From Spirogloea muscicola (lineage: Eukaryota), in contig WELB01000018.1 of NCBI GenBank assembly GCA_009602725.1, forward strand, positions 737,831-801,830: 64,000 nucleotides of DNA, given 5' to 3'. Positions 27,945 to 44,964 of this stretch are shown here, one piece after another. The position numbers and the translations under genes were made by a program. Under the pieces are notes generated by a model. That model worked only from the letters and a program-made list of their open reading frames with translations, was not told the origin of the DNA and ran no database searches. Every line of letters begins with the position of its first letter. Within the stretch, counting starts at the first letter, position 1.

Positions 27945-28140
27945 ATTGACCCGTGGTTACTGAGCGGGCCAATCTGCTGTAGGTTATGTGCGTGATGTGC
28001 TTGCCTTCGTACTTGGCCATTTGGCCTTCGTTTGTTTTCAAATACACGTCATTTTTCTTCTTCCACCGGGTCCAGTCTTTTCGGGCTGGGACAATCACAC
28101 AGGATTTTCACACCGCGTTGCCCCCTTTTGGATGAGCTTA
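27945..28140 (+). mobile_element. short CRE-like tail of a second subfamily abutting the 5' junction of the long copy
   Basis: TTGACCCGTGGTTACTGA (LTRGY*) followed by a UTR shared with 28549-28620 and 61706-61775. It ends in a GGGCTGG...CCCCTTTTGGATGAGCT variant tail. Confidence 0.7.
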
Positions 28141-28344
28141 CTTACTAGGAACGTTAGAGAGAGAAGGCGCCCGGTGCACGTTGAATGACAGGGGGGCCAA
28201 ATCAAGCAATTTCACTGGTCAGGCAAACGCTAGTGCCTTCTTTGCTACAATTTTGGGGCTACTTAAATTGCCCTATGGTAAGGGAACTAAGGTAACGGCA
28301 AAGTTCTGCTTTGCTTTGCTGAAGGCCGACTTTCTTGCCCCCGC

Positions 28345-28640
28345 GTGCCACTCCAGGAGCGGCGGCTCGAAGGCAGCCGCCGTCTGCCTCGTCTCCCTAA
28401 TCGACATCAAGTGTCGGTCTGCCTGCAGCGAGCTCAGGCTCATGCGTTGCATCAGAACGCTGGTCGAGCCTTAGCTGGTGGCACAAGAGCTTGTCGATTG
28501 CCGTCTGGTATTTGGGCATCATTTAGCGACCTCTATATGCTGACTCGTGGTTACTGAGCGGGTCAGCTTAGCAGCAGGTTATGTCCATTAATCAATGTGT
28601 TTGCCTTTGTACTTGGCCACACAGGCCCTCCATCACTGAA
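28345..28640 (+). mobile_element. diverged CRE-like 3' fragment (second subfamily)
   Basis: ORF 28345-28557 NRHQVSVCLQRAQAHALHQNAGRALAG...FSDLYMLTRGY* aligns by eye with YRMRLAVSLQRSMARALHLRAGRALAA...SDLRLLSRNY*. Confidence 0.8.
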
Positions 28641-30815
28641 CACAAACACTTCCCCTAATCAGTATGTGCACACTCGCGGGTGCTGTACTCCCCCTTCAGC
28701 CGGCTAATGCACAATAGCGCCTACTTAGCATAGGGCTTCGGTTGCTTAGCCCAATCCTCTGCACTAGCTTCTGCTTGTTTTGGCCTTCAGTTCATCTTAC
28801 GCACACCGCACGTCTTACTCGGAGTAGCAGCTAGGGGCCGAAGGCTGCAGACAGCTAGCTCACCAAAAGGTGATTAGAGCCTGCAAGAAATGGGCCCGCA
28901 GTGCGCATGAGTCCAAAGGAAGGCCAAGCCTTCACTTTGGACGGGGGCCAGGCCGAGCCGAGCCAACATTTTGATCAGTCCAAGCGAAGCGGCAAAGGGG
29001 TTGCACAATGGGGCTTGGCGGCAGGCAGCTCACCTGGCTGGATGGTCATTCTCGGCGTGGCCTCACCGCGGCTGTGACTGAGCGGCCATCGATACTAGCC
29101 ACTTGTTCTGCTAAATGGTCTGCGCTTTCATATCGCGCCTTCCCCCTGGACCTTGTCCCAGTTCTTTTGGCTGCAGCCGCCTCCTCTTGCAAGGGCTCCT
29201 ATGCTCCTTCACAGGCACAGCTTCCATTCGGTTGAGCTTCTCTCTTGCCTTGATTGCCCGATAGGACTGCTGAAGTCTCAAACTGGCGGCGACTCTTGAT
29301 GTCGCACCTCTTGGCTACATTCAACACTTACCACTTATTGTCTTGTCCACTCCAGAATCGCAGCTAGGCGTTTGCCCCTCTCAATAGAAACAGAAACGTG
29401 CCCGTCTCGGCAGCATGGACTCATCCTCGCTTATGGCGGCAGATGCAGATCAGACTAGCACAGGCTCCGCCTGCAGCAGATAGATATCAAATTGACGTAG
29501 GCACCGCCGGAATCCGAGGTGGGTGCAGCCATACTTAGGGCGCCTTGGTACCTTGCTTTCTGCACCATCCGGCTTCTTCTGACCTTGTCCATTCCGTTGG
29601 GCTGGCCACTCCCAGCCACCAGTTAATTTGGCCGCGCTTTCTCTCTTAGGGCGCATCGATTAGCAGCTCGCTCGCCTCAGTCCAGGATTAGCCCGATGTG
29701 CCATGGCGCCCTTTTGGAAGCGCTATTCTCTTTCTACAAGGAGCACTCCCGCGGCCTACTAGGCTGAGTTCGGTCAAGTGCTGGTGTACCATACTACCGC
29801 AATTGACAGGATGGCTCCCCAGCCCAAATCTGGCAAAATGCTATTACAATCAACTAGGACGACCACCCAGGTGTTGCTCCTTGCCTGAGAGAGCTGCTCG
29901 AGCGTCGAATCCATTGGGACCCTAAACACCCTGGCCAGATGCGGTTGACCGTGCTGCAGAAAGTTGGATCCATGGTATCGAGTGGCATGATTTAAGTTCA
30001 CGATGTATCTTACTGTCTCCAGACGGGTCTGCAAAGGTCCACAGTCATGGTGGAGAATAAAGTGGCTGCATGCGGGCAAGTCTGCTAAAAATGACGAGGC
30101 TGCGAAGCAATCTTGAAAAGCAGTGCGACAGGAGGCACAGGTATGACGAGCTACTGTGCAGAAGAGTGTCACTGCAAGAGAAACTCCAAAGCAGCAGCTG
30201 GGGCATGTTGCTACGCAGCTGCAAGGTGGAGGCTATGGAGCGCTTCACTGAACGACCTGATACATGCTAGTTAAGGCAAAGCATAATTCCAAAATCAGGA
30301 GGCCCACTGCTTGTTGCGTAGGTGGCCTGCAGCAGCCACAGTATATGTGGAGGGCACACAATATCTCTTCTTGCATGTTGGCATTGTATTGTGACTTTTG
30401 ACTGCTGTAGGTGTAATTCAACAACGCCAAATCCCCTTCTCAGCCGGTCATGAGCCACATTAGCTCCTCCAATCAAACTAGTGTCCCAATATTGTGGCAG
30501 TCGATCCTGCATGGCACAATAGCCCGCCTGATGGAAGTCGAGCAACTCAAGCAGAAGGCCATTGCTTGCAAGATGGGCAATCACAAAAGTCCCCTGAGGA
30601 ACACGTGCTCAAAGAATGGATTCGACCAGACTTGCTTGTCCCACAGTGACCGTAGGGTGCCTCTCAGATACGGCAGCTACATCTTGTGACAAACTGCAAC
30701 CTTTGAGAGCTCAAGACCTAGAAGTAATAGAGTTCATAAATTTCTAGTTAAGCTGCTATTACCTGCTGTAGAGACGCTGACTATAAAATCATATCTGATC
30801 ATAAGCTGTGTGTGT

Positions 30816-34839
<4,024 letters not shown>

Positions 34840-35214
34840 AAGACTCTGCGATGGCGGGGGCGTCCGCGAGAGCGCGTAGGGGTTCACTCCGCCCGGCCTC
34901 GCTCGGCAGCCGCCGCCGCCGCCGCCGCCGCCGCCGCGGNGCGGCGGCGGCGGCGGCGGCGGCGTTCGCGCCGCGAGAGCCGGTGGCGATGGCAGAGAAC
35001 GCGGCCAGGCCGGCCCGCCGCTTGACGGCGGGAAAGGCGACGAGTTTGCAAACGGCGCGGCAAACTTGACGGCGGGCAATGAGGTCGGTGCCCCCCGTCA
35101 GCGGCAGGCGGGGGGGCAGCTGCCGCACCCCTCCCATGTGACGTCACCCGGCGGCATCACCCCTGCGACGCTGACGCTGACGCTCCCCTCCTAGATCACG
35201 AACCCAGAAGAAAA

Positions 35215-35865
35215 CAGCTCTTCCAAAGTGACAGCAGCAGCTGTGAGAGGCCAGCCCAAAGGAATGAACAAGGTCTGAAAGGGCCGGATGGGGCAAAGAA
35301 ACAGGATACTAGCCTCAAAGACTAGTCTCAAAGCATTTGCTGGGGCGACAGAAGATCTGTGCTTCAAAGAAACTGGCTGACAACCACAATTACAGCTATG
35401 GCTTACATAAATGTAAGCTTCGGGTTCAGCTTTGAAAGTCAGTGTAAGGGATTGGTTGGCTTTGACCAAAGCAACTCAAAAGCTCAAAAACGCTGATATT
35501 TGTCACTGCCACGCATGCTTGGCTGGCTTGCTTGACTGCTCATGAAATAGGTGGTGACTGCTTCCAAAATCCCCGTCCCTTGCACCACTCACCTGTGTCC
35601 TCCATCACCCTGTCTGCCATCAGTCCTGCAGTGCAATGTCCTCTCATTCAAAGGTCCTAGACTCCCTCACAGGCAATCACAAATTACAGCTCCTGCTTCT
35701 ATCCCCAATTCTGGCAGTAGTGATGGCTGGAGTGACACTCACTGCCTCTATTATCGCTTCTAGTAAGCTCTTCCAGAGGGGGTGAGGGCTGTGAAAGCCT
35801 AGCCCGAAACTATGGACAAGGTTCCAAGGGGCCAGAAATCTTCAATCACACAGCTATGCAAGTAA
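35215..35865 (-). repeat. two hairpin-type retroelement tail remnants upstream of the CDPK
   Basis: GCTGTGAGAGGCCAGCCCAAAGGAATGAACAAGG near 35240 and GGGCTGTGAAAGCCTAGCCCGAAACTATGGACAAGG near 35787, each with an adjacent AGCTCTTCCA box. Confidence 0.65.
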
Positions 35866-36066
35866 TACAAGGGATGGTCAAACTCCAACTGAGGAGTCTG
35901 TGACCAGGGCCTGTGTCAGGTGGACCTCCTGCACCCTTTATTACAGGGGGACCTTGAATTCTTGCCTATCTTCTTATCGCATCTGTAACAGCGTCTTCAC
36001 CTTCGTACCAGTGTCTTCAAGTGAAAGAGTCAACCACGTCTGTGGCACGAATGCAGAAGAACAACC

Positions 36067-39000
36067 TCAAAGGTGTGAGAGCGGCTGTAGCTCCCGCAGA
36101 ATGGCAGCCCCGACACGCATGCCATCCACCGCAGCGCTGACAATGCCCCCAGCGTAACCAGCCCCTTCGCCCACCGGATAGAGGCCCGGATGAGACACTG
36201 ACTGGAAGCTACTATTGTCCCTGTCCACTCTCACGGGAGCACTCGTGCGCGTCTGCACACGTGATCAGAGGTGCATTTAAGTCGATGAGAAGCAGCCACA
36301 TACTCTTTGCACCTAGGCAGACCCCCTGACTAAGTAAATAGCCTGTGCAGTTGCTTACATTGTGGAGTATGCAGAATGTGAATTGTTAGCATTCCCAGTC
36401 ATATACTCGTTATTGTTGATTTAAATGGCAAGTGAGGAGCACCTCTACGCCATGGAGCAGCGCTGACTCGTGAATGAAGCCTGGGAGCTGCACGAAAAAC
36501 ACCAATTTTTCAATCTACCATCCCCTGACAATCTACCATCGCCTGACTTTACAGATAAAACTCCACTCTTAGCAGATTGGTGGGGCTTCCTTGAAGTACT
36601 TGCTGGCATGAGATTGCAGCATCAGTAGAAGCAGTACCTGTCGATCAAATCGAACAAGGGCCTCCTTAAGTGCCTGCGTGATAGTGACAGGATAGATCTC
36701 ATCCAACCTGGACGACCGCACTCCCAGTCGATAGCTAGAAATGGGAAGGTGTTGCTCTGTGAATTCACTCCCAATACTTCAGTCAGGACATAGATCTACA
36801 ACGACGGGTCAGCCAGGGGGGATTCTCTAAGGTGCATGCTGTGACCAGCAGTCGATACATGTAAAGTATCGGCGTGGAGAGCAGTGAAGCATCAGAAGTC
36901 ACTGCTGCAAGCTTGGCTGGTCAAATCCTGCAGATAAATGCAGTAGAGGTGGTAAAAGCTCTTGTACTCACCTGAACTTCGACCAGCCAGGAAGTCTGGC
37001 ACGCTTTGCACTGGCACAACGAATTTGCCTCCACCTCTTAGAGCAGCCTCACGCTCGTAAGCCCTCTGTCAAGTGGACGGACAGAATCCCAAGGTCATGT
37101 CAAGAGAGCCGTCTGACTCTATGCCACATCGATTGTGCATTGCTTATCAGCGTGCTTGATTCTGAATCCATCATTGATCTGCTAATATTCAGGTGTTAAT
37201 CAAGAATACCTGAAAGGCAACGCCTGCTAACGGACCCCACTCCGCGACAAACGGCTTATAGTCTTGCTGAGTGACTGTGACCACCAGGGCAGCATTGGCC
37301 CACTTGGAGGCTCGTTTGGAAAATGACATTCCATTGACACAGAGCTCCGACTCGTTTATGCTTGTGGGTACCACCTGTAGCAGCCACGAACCAGCTTGAT
37401 TAATTCCAAGCGGTCTCACAAGTGCTTCACATACAGCACATAGGAGTGCCTTACTGCAAGATTGTGTGGAATGTCTATGGCCAGAAAGCTTTGGCGGCTG
37501 ATGCCAGAAAGGTCCAGCCACCTCTTAAGAGAGTGTAGACAACTATACGCCAGCACCATTTCACGCCTACCTGACCACCTGGGCACATGCAGAATGAGTA
37601 GCAGCCTCGACTGGCAATGTGCTCGCCGCCTGCATTTGATCCTTTTGAAGATCCGGACCTCAGATCTGTTGCCAAGGAGTAGTCTGCTACTGGCAATTTG
37701 CCCTTGCCACGATCCACCAGCTTCGCCAAATAGCCGTACTGTCAGGTGCAAGTGACCACAGCAGCTTCATGTGGCTCAGAGCACACTCAGCTTCAAGAAA
37801 CTCAAAAACATGAACAGAGCGTACAAGTCTTCTTGCACTCTGCTTGAGCACTGCATGGCCAGATCAGCCATTAATTGAATCTCCTCACTTACAAGTACCA
37901 CATTCACTATGCAACTTCCAATTTTATCCAAATCTGCTGTGTGATAGTTGGTGTGTGGACCTGAATACTGTTGATGAGCTCCTGAGGATGTTCGACCCTA
38001 AAACCCACCTACAAAAGGGCAGCAAAGAGGTCAATGACAAGGTGCAGTGACGCTCACAATGCATCCGCAGCTCCTAGAATAGAACTGCATGCAGTAGACT
38101 CACCAGTGGGTGAGGGCTCTACTCACCGCTGTGTCCTTTGGGGTCATGTGTACTCCATGAGATAAAAGGATGTCGTAAACATCGCGAGCTGAATGGCCTG
38201 TTCCAAGGACGACCCGATCAGCCTCAAGGACTTCTCCTTGTGCTGATTGGAATGCTCCAGACTGCTGCACTGTTCTCACTTGTATGCCCGCAAGTCGGCC
38301 TCCCCACACCACCAGATCCTCCATGATGGTACCAAATCGAATGTCAACCTGGCCAGAAGTGCCCACAGTAAAAGGCCGATAGGTGCAAGCCTCTTAGGGG
38401 ATCACAACATCCTAGTACATCTGCGTCAGGTTTGATACGGCAGGACACCCTACGAAGTTTCTGTATTATCTGCGTGTTCACTGTCTTCAACAGAACCTCA
38501 CTGCATTGCTTTTCTTTATGGTGCTGGTTTGCTACCTTCATTGTCATGGTCAGCGGCGCTTACCCCAAGTTGCTGCAAACAGTGCCGCATGTTGATGAGT
38601 ATGTGAACAAGAAGATCTGTGCCAAGATGAGGTTTGCCGTCAACAAGTACACGTGATGGAGCTCCAAACCGCACTAAGGCATTCAGAATCTGCTCCAGCA
38701 CAAGTCTTCCATCAGGGGCAATGGTCCTTGCAGGGTCTCTGCAGAGAGCTGGTTGCAATCACTGGATTCTACTCTTGGCATGTAGTGGAGTTGAAGTGTA
38801 GGTGTAGATTTTATGTAGGTTCAAGTAGATGCTTGACAAAAGAATGACAATTTTCCGCACAACCAGAGCACCTATTGGGGTCTGAGAAACTCAAGATGCC
38901 CAATGTAAATATACCTTACGAACTTCGGTGCTATTTTTGCCAATCCTGGTTGTCAACTTGCCATCACTCCAGGTCCCTGCCCCTCCCTGAGCCGGAACTT

Positions 39001-40705
39001 TGTGTAGACACAGTAGACAATGTTGTGCAGCTGTCTAAATCAGTAGGATGTGAAGCTTCCTTCACTCCATAATGCCAAACTTGAGTTGCAGCTGACGGTC
39101 GTATTCACAACAGATTGTGCAACTCAGAAGGCAGAGGCTATTGCCAGTGTTTGAGAACCGAAGTCTTCATAGGTAGGAGTCTGTGTACCTCCCCAAAGCA
39201 GAAATTGCTGTTCTTGTCTATCTGCTTCCGCACAACCAGAGCGCCAATATCGCGACCTCTTGCTTCAACGGGCTGGCCCCTCTCAATAAGAACCACTTTC
39301 TGCCCTGCTTCTGCGAGCTCCATGGCAGCAAAGAGACCACCTGGTCCGCTTCCCACAACCACAACTGCAGTGCTGTGTCGCTTGCGTCGAGGCTCAGCGT
39401 GCGGTCGTCCATGATCTGCATCATCATGTCCTTTGCTCGACGGGCCTTCCGAAGTCTTCTCAGTGTCACTGGGCACACGTGCTTCTTCTACAAGATTGTC
39501 CCAATGGGTGACAATGTCTGTGTTAGACAATGGTGATACCTTCTCAGCTTTTACTGACGCTGGCTCAGAGCTGGGCTGGGATAGACGCTCAAGTCGGTTC
39601 TGTTTCTCCTGTAGCCTTAAGGGTGTCGCTCCAGCCTTTCTCAATGAACTCCTGATCGCAGCCACGTCAACGTCCACAACATAGACAAAGCTAAGCTCCT
39701 GCACAAGGTTCCCCACTCCTGAGCAGGTGAGGAATTGAACAACAGATTGAATAAGTCTTACCTTACAAGCCACTGGTCTACTATCTTCTCCACTGATCAT
39801 ACAGTGCACTGTACATGTGATTGGCTGCTTCACCTTCTTCTTCCGCGCATCAAACGACTTCCGCACTAACTGGATCGCCTCATGAGGAACATGCTCCACC
39901 TGAGCATGGGACTCCAGGACGATTAGGCACATTCGCAAACAAGGAAGTGATAGACTATATCATGCCCCCCGCAAATTCAAGTAGGGCAACTTCGAATGAT
40001 GTAAATATATGGTGAGTTTGGCAAATGCCCAAGACTGCAAGTGCGGAAGTACCTTGCAACCAAGGCGAGATGCTATGGACATGAGCACGTCATCAGTGAC
40101 GTCCATGTTGTCCTTGCCTTTGTCTTTGTCCACAAGGACATCTACTCCGTAGAGCCGCCACCAAGACTGAGCCTCCGACCTCTCAGCTTCCGCAGAGCCC
40201 CTTCTTGTGCCACTGCCAGTCCTGGACATTATGCAATGCTACTCTCAGCACAGCAGACCACGGCTACTTGTAATGATTTGACCCTTGGTGAAGGCAAGGG
40301 AAAGTGACGAGCCTGGCATGCAGTTGCCTCTTCTGAAGAATTCTGTCGGAGTTCTCTGATGCTCTAGCCATGCCGACAAAGCTGTAATTAGTGATTATCT
40401 GGTCAATTGACCGACCTCCAGCTCACTACGAGCGCCGCTTCCACTCGCTTGTCATGCGCAGCTGACGACGCTGACCTGAGCTGCTTGCCAGGAGGTCCGG
40501 GGACCGGCTTCGCGGTCCTGGAATGCGTCGCCTTTGTCGCACCGCAGCACCGGCTTGTCCGGGCATGAGGCGAGCTCGCGCGGCGCCGCCAGAGCTCGCC
40601 GCAGGGCCAGGCCCGGCCCGGCGGCGGCGGCGGCGCGCTGGCCGCCTGTCTGGACGGGCTCCCAGCCGCAGGGAGGAGCCGAGCACGGTGCGCGAGCGTG
40701 GCCAT
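36067..40705 (-). CDS. FAD/NAD(P)-binding oxidoreductase (HI0933/YhiN-like family), transit-peptide-like N-terminus, multi-exon
   Basis: VRKSFDARK, VVVVGSGPGGLFAA (Rossmann), ERGQPVEARGRDIGAL, SNFCFGE, PHLGTD, GHSARD, YSFCMCPGGQVV, NGMSFSKRASKWANAALVV, TRTSAPV, GLYPVGEGAGYAGGIVSAAVDG. Confidence 0.9.
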
Positions 40706-40821
40706 GGGCAAGTGCCCTGGGCCCCGCGCCGCAGTGGCCTCGCTCGCACCGCTGGCGCCGTGTTGGCGAGGCGCGGTCTAACGACGCGCCGCCGCAAGCC
40801 AGGCACAGCGGCAATGGACGA

Positions 40822-40859
<38 letters not shown>

Positions 40860-41770
40860 GTGCGGCGGCTGCGAGGGCGTGGGATAACCGAGTCCGAAGC
40901 GGGTGACCGGAGCGACAGGCTCAATACACCACCGTTTTGATTTGCCATCCCTTTGACCGCCAATCCTCAGCTGGAACCGGGTCGTCTCGGCCACTGGAAT
41001 GCGGGCCGCAGACGTGCTTAACCGGGGTCCGCGGTTAGCTGAGCCGGGCTAGCGCGGTTAGCCGAGCCCCGCTTTGCCATCCAAGGAGGGGATCAACAGG
41101 TGTCGCCGCTTCCGCGCGCCCGCCATCGCCGCCGCCGCTGCCGCCGCCGCCGCCGCCTGCGCCGCGAGGCGCGCAGGTGAGCGTGGGAAAGCAACACCGC
41201 CCGAGCGAGCCGCAGGCGGCGCCGAGCTCCAGCCCGGCGCGACGGGGCTTGGAGCAGCGGCGCTGCTGCCTGCTGCTGCTGCGACGGCGTGCCGCTGACG
41301 ACGTTGTGCTCGCGCGCCGCGCTCGCGGAGGTACAGCTCTGCCAGTGGAGCTGAGGCTGCCGCCGTCATGGAGGAGGGCGCCACCCCGTACCTGCGCCGT
41401 CAGGCGAGGCACCGCCAACCTCTCCGTGCTGCCCTGGTTGCCAAAGCTAGGCTAGGGCTCGCAGTGCCTCGCTCTTGCATAGCTCTGAGGCTTTCTGTCC
41501 CACGCACTCAGAAGCAAGACTGAGCGTGAGCCAGAGTCGCAGGTCGGCAGGCAAGCACCATAAGTAGACCCACTGCACTCGTGATACTCTTGAGCGAGTA
41601 TCATGTCGTTCCTAGGGCCTCGAACGAGCTGTACTGTGTAACGCCTCCGCGGCGACGGTCTGGCACATCCTGTGTGCCTCTTCATGTGGCCGGCTTCTCA
41701 GTCCGACCCCAAGTTGCACCGATTCTGGAGCTAATCTGCACATAGTCGTGTGCACGAGGTGGTACAGGGC

Positions 41771-42642
41771 ATGAAGGTCATGCAGGCGATCAGGGATTCC
41801 AGCAACGCGGAAGCAAAGCAGGTTGCCCCATCGAGGGCCTCGTCCACCTCGACTCACGCCGCCGGCCACAAGGACCCCACCCTCCTGCACCCCAAGGGCC
41901 GGGAGCATGTCCCACGCAGGCCCCCGGGGAGCGCGCACGGCCTCCCCGGCCACACCATGCACCAGCAGGGCTCTCTGCCTGGGTATGCACCAGCTTCCGT
42001 TCTGCGGCATCTGCCATCTGAAACCCTCACAGCAGCTCGCTACCCTCGACAGCTGCATTGAGATTGCTTGGTCTGCCTTGTGCACCGCAACTTATCTGGA
42101 GGGATAGGGGGATAGAGGGCTTCTTGATCTACATGGCGACTTGGGTACTTTACCTTTTACCAGCAAATGCTGGTGCCTCCGCTGACTTGAATGGTCAATG
42201 CTTTGCTTACAGCTGGAGCTTGAGTCGGTACCTGGCTTCACCTGCATTGTTGCCTATCTATCCGCTCTTTATTGCCGTTGGAGCTGGCTTGGGGCTCGCC
42301 GGCTGGATCGTCTATCGCCACCACTATTTGTCACCTGGTATCACGTTCAGCAAGGATCGCCGCAAAGGGTTCCCAGAAATCGACGATCCCCAGTTCTTGA
42401 AGCAGGGAGAGTACTACTCTCAGTCAAGTGCCCTCCGCAAGCTCAGCCACAGCCGGGATGTCGATGCAGCTGGCATGGTGAAGGATGTGAGTGATTACAA
42501 TGGCCAGACTGGGTCTTGCCTTTCTGTCCCGTGCCTGTTCAGTATAATGTCCCTCATTGTCATGCACGTCACCCCTTCTTATGCAGAAGCTCCTCTGCGT
42601 GTTACCATAAGGATAAATAGATTATATGGACGTGGCTCGTAG
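41771..42642 (+). CDS. B12D/NDUFA4-like small membrane protein (both ends uncertain)
   Basis: Exon at 42213 encodes PIYPLFIAVGAGLGLAGWIVYRHHYLSPGITFSKDRRKG...GEYYSQSSALRK, the B12D pattern YPLF-TM-R..P.V...K.R...G..Y. An upstream exon with a GT donor near 41983 is phase-compatible. Confidence 0.65.
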
Positions 42643-44964
42643 AAGGGCTTTATATGGAGATGGTTCTCCCCTCTACATCTCTCGACCTCCGTGACTTGCC
42701 GTGAGCGTGCCTGGCTGAGGTGGTCCATGCAGGTGCAACATGCTCTGGAACCCCCGGCACTTCCTGGGGATGACAAGGCGGCTGTTGGCAAGCCAGGTGG
42801 CAAGGGAATGAGCAAGCCAATGGGTTCCACTTTGTAGACGTATCACCCAACCTTCTCCTTAGAGCATGTTGGCCTCTTGGAGATGTATGGAGAAGCATTT
42901 CATGCTCAGTGGTACACTTCGAAGCGAGTACAGGTTTTTTGGCTTCAGTTCAAAAGCCCTTGGGAGCTTCTTAATGCCAAAGCTGGCATTGACTAGGTGC
43001 AACTTCTGCGTAATCAGTAGGATAAGAGCCGGTGCAGCACCGTTGGGAAGCTTTACTGAGTAATTATTGCCAATGTCATATTGATATGCACCTAGGGCAA
43101 TCTAGGCATTCACAGCTGAATTGCTTTGAATTTGCTTGCAGTGGTCTGCCCTTAAGATCATGCGCTTTCAGTGCCATCGATACATCGATTGTGGCGATCA
43201 TGTATAGAACTTGGTCTGCACAGCATGTAATAACAATATTATGTGGCCACACTTGGGCCCTCATACTCTTGAGTTCTCAGATGAGGCAGAAGCATTTCTC
43301 ATATACGCACTTTGGATGATTTTGAAAATGATCGGCCAAGCAAGGAATGATGGAGCTTCTTCAGGCTCTTATCAGTGTCTGCTTGTCTTCGTCCTCCTTG
43401 CTTCTCTGCAGTGCTCACTTAGGGGGAACCTCAGAAGCTGTGGATGAGGCATGGTTTGCCATAACTCCTCCAGTTTGCCAGGCAGAAAGTAGCGGCTGCA
43501 GACAAGATCATTGTTGCCCTTGCAAGTACAGTCTTACTTAAGCCTACAACCACAGTAGTTTGCCTGCAGGCTACTCACAGAGACTGTTGATTATTGTCAT
43601 GCATCGCCACTTTCCTGATATGTGTCTATGGCGGGACTGTCACAAGATTGACAATTCAAAGTATGTCAGCTTCATCGACCAGTGAGTTGCTTACTTGATC
43701 TGTATACTTCTACATTGCTGATGCCCTACAATCGTCAATATGTTGAGCACTGCAGTTGAATAGCAGGCAGGCAGCCTTGCTCACTGATGTGTTCAGATAT
43801 CCGTTCTTGTCAGGCTGCTCTTTCTGCAGTTCAGCAGCTTCTGTGATGTTCTTGTATAAATGTCAAGAATCTCCACCAAATTTAAGGTTGTCCAAGGCCA
43901 GCCGAGGGTGCAGAGCTGAAGTTGCCGTTGTCAGACATCTGCAGTGCTGTCTTTGTGACTCTGCAGATTCTGCAGGAGGTAGAGAGAGCCCTGTTGCCAA
44001 TGGAAATGGTCATAATAGTTGGGGCTTGAGATTGCTGCAAGTAATGAAAGAGCTGGGACAAGTGACAGTTTGCAGGATAGACTAGCAGGCCCACAACATG
44101 CCTGTGCAGATGAGGTCGGGAAAGTATGCAGGGTTGGGGGAGAGTTTCCAGAAAGGAGAGACTTTCAAGTAAGAGGACGATGGCTGTGATTGGGAGCCCA
44201 GAGAAAGAATGAACAACTCGACGTCCCCAGGGTGAGCTCACCGGTGCAAAGAATGTGGCTCAACGTGGGGACAGCCACTTTCTTTCGAGCTCGACTTCTC
44301 TTACATTCCCTGGTCAACGACCGAGAGTCGCATTACGCACGAGGGGACGAAGAAATGTACCCAGCACCAGAAAGGACAGGTCGAGCAGGCAAGTACCGGA
44401 AGCAGCAGTATGAGCGCGCCGGCGTAACAAGAGGAAAAGTGGCTGAAACAGAGCACACGAGAAGCACAGCATGAGTCGAATGACGAAGAACAACAGGCGG
44501 CCATACATTGACAGCTTCGTGTATATATATGTTGATGAGAGAGCTAGTTTCCTCACAAGCTTTGCAGTGGTAAGAACCAATGATCCTAACTCAGTTTCAT
44601 TGTCACAAGAACGATCTGTGCCCACGGTCGCAGAGGGCAGGCACAAGTGCATGAGACAAGCGCAAGATTGAGCGTGCGAATTGATGATGATTCCAGACTT
44701 ATGTTTAAGTACGTGCACGTCAGTCGGCTTTGCAGTCGGATGGTAGGTAGCCTGTGTCAGCGAGGACAACTGGGAGTCACAGCCTTCTGCCATTCGTGCA
44801 ACTTGTGCTTCTAAGCTGCGCTGTCCGCTGCCTGCCTGCTGCCATCGATCAGCCATGCTGCTTGCCCTGTGCTTTTTGCCGTTAATGCGGCTACTCATGG
44901 CAGTGGTGCTGTGCTTTAGGGTCTAGGTGCTGGCGCCTTCCGGCCCTTGGACCTTGGCCAAAAA

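Noticed and set aside
25455..27945. Possible target-site duplication (GAAGAAGCCAGAG at the 5' junction vs GAAGGGGGCCGGAG at the 3' flank)
   Set aside because: Too degenerate for such a young insertion; no clean TSD is identifiable by eye.
27945..28210. Self-cleaving ribozyme at the 5' end of the retroelement
   Set aside because: The element is truncated inside RT, so its 5' UTR is absent. The flank resolves as tails of other copies, and no hammerhead or HDV core was seen.
42900..44950. 2-kb stretch with several 60-190 aa ORFs
   Set aside because: No recognisable domain. It could hide a lineage-specific gene, but that is unsupported from sequence alone.
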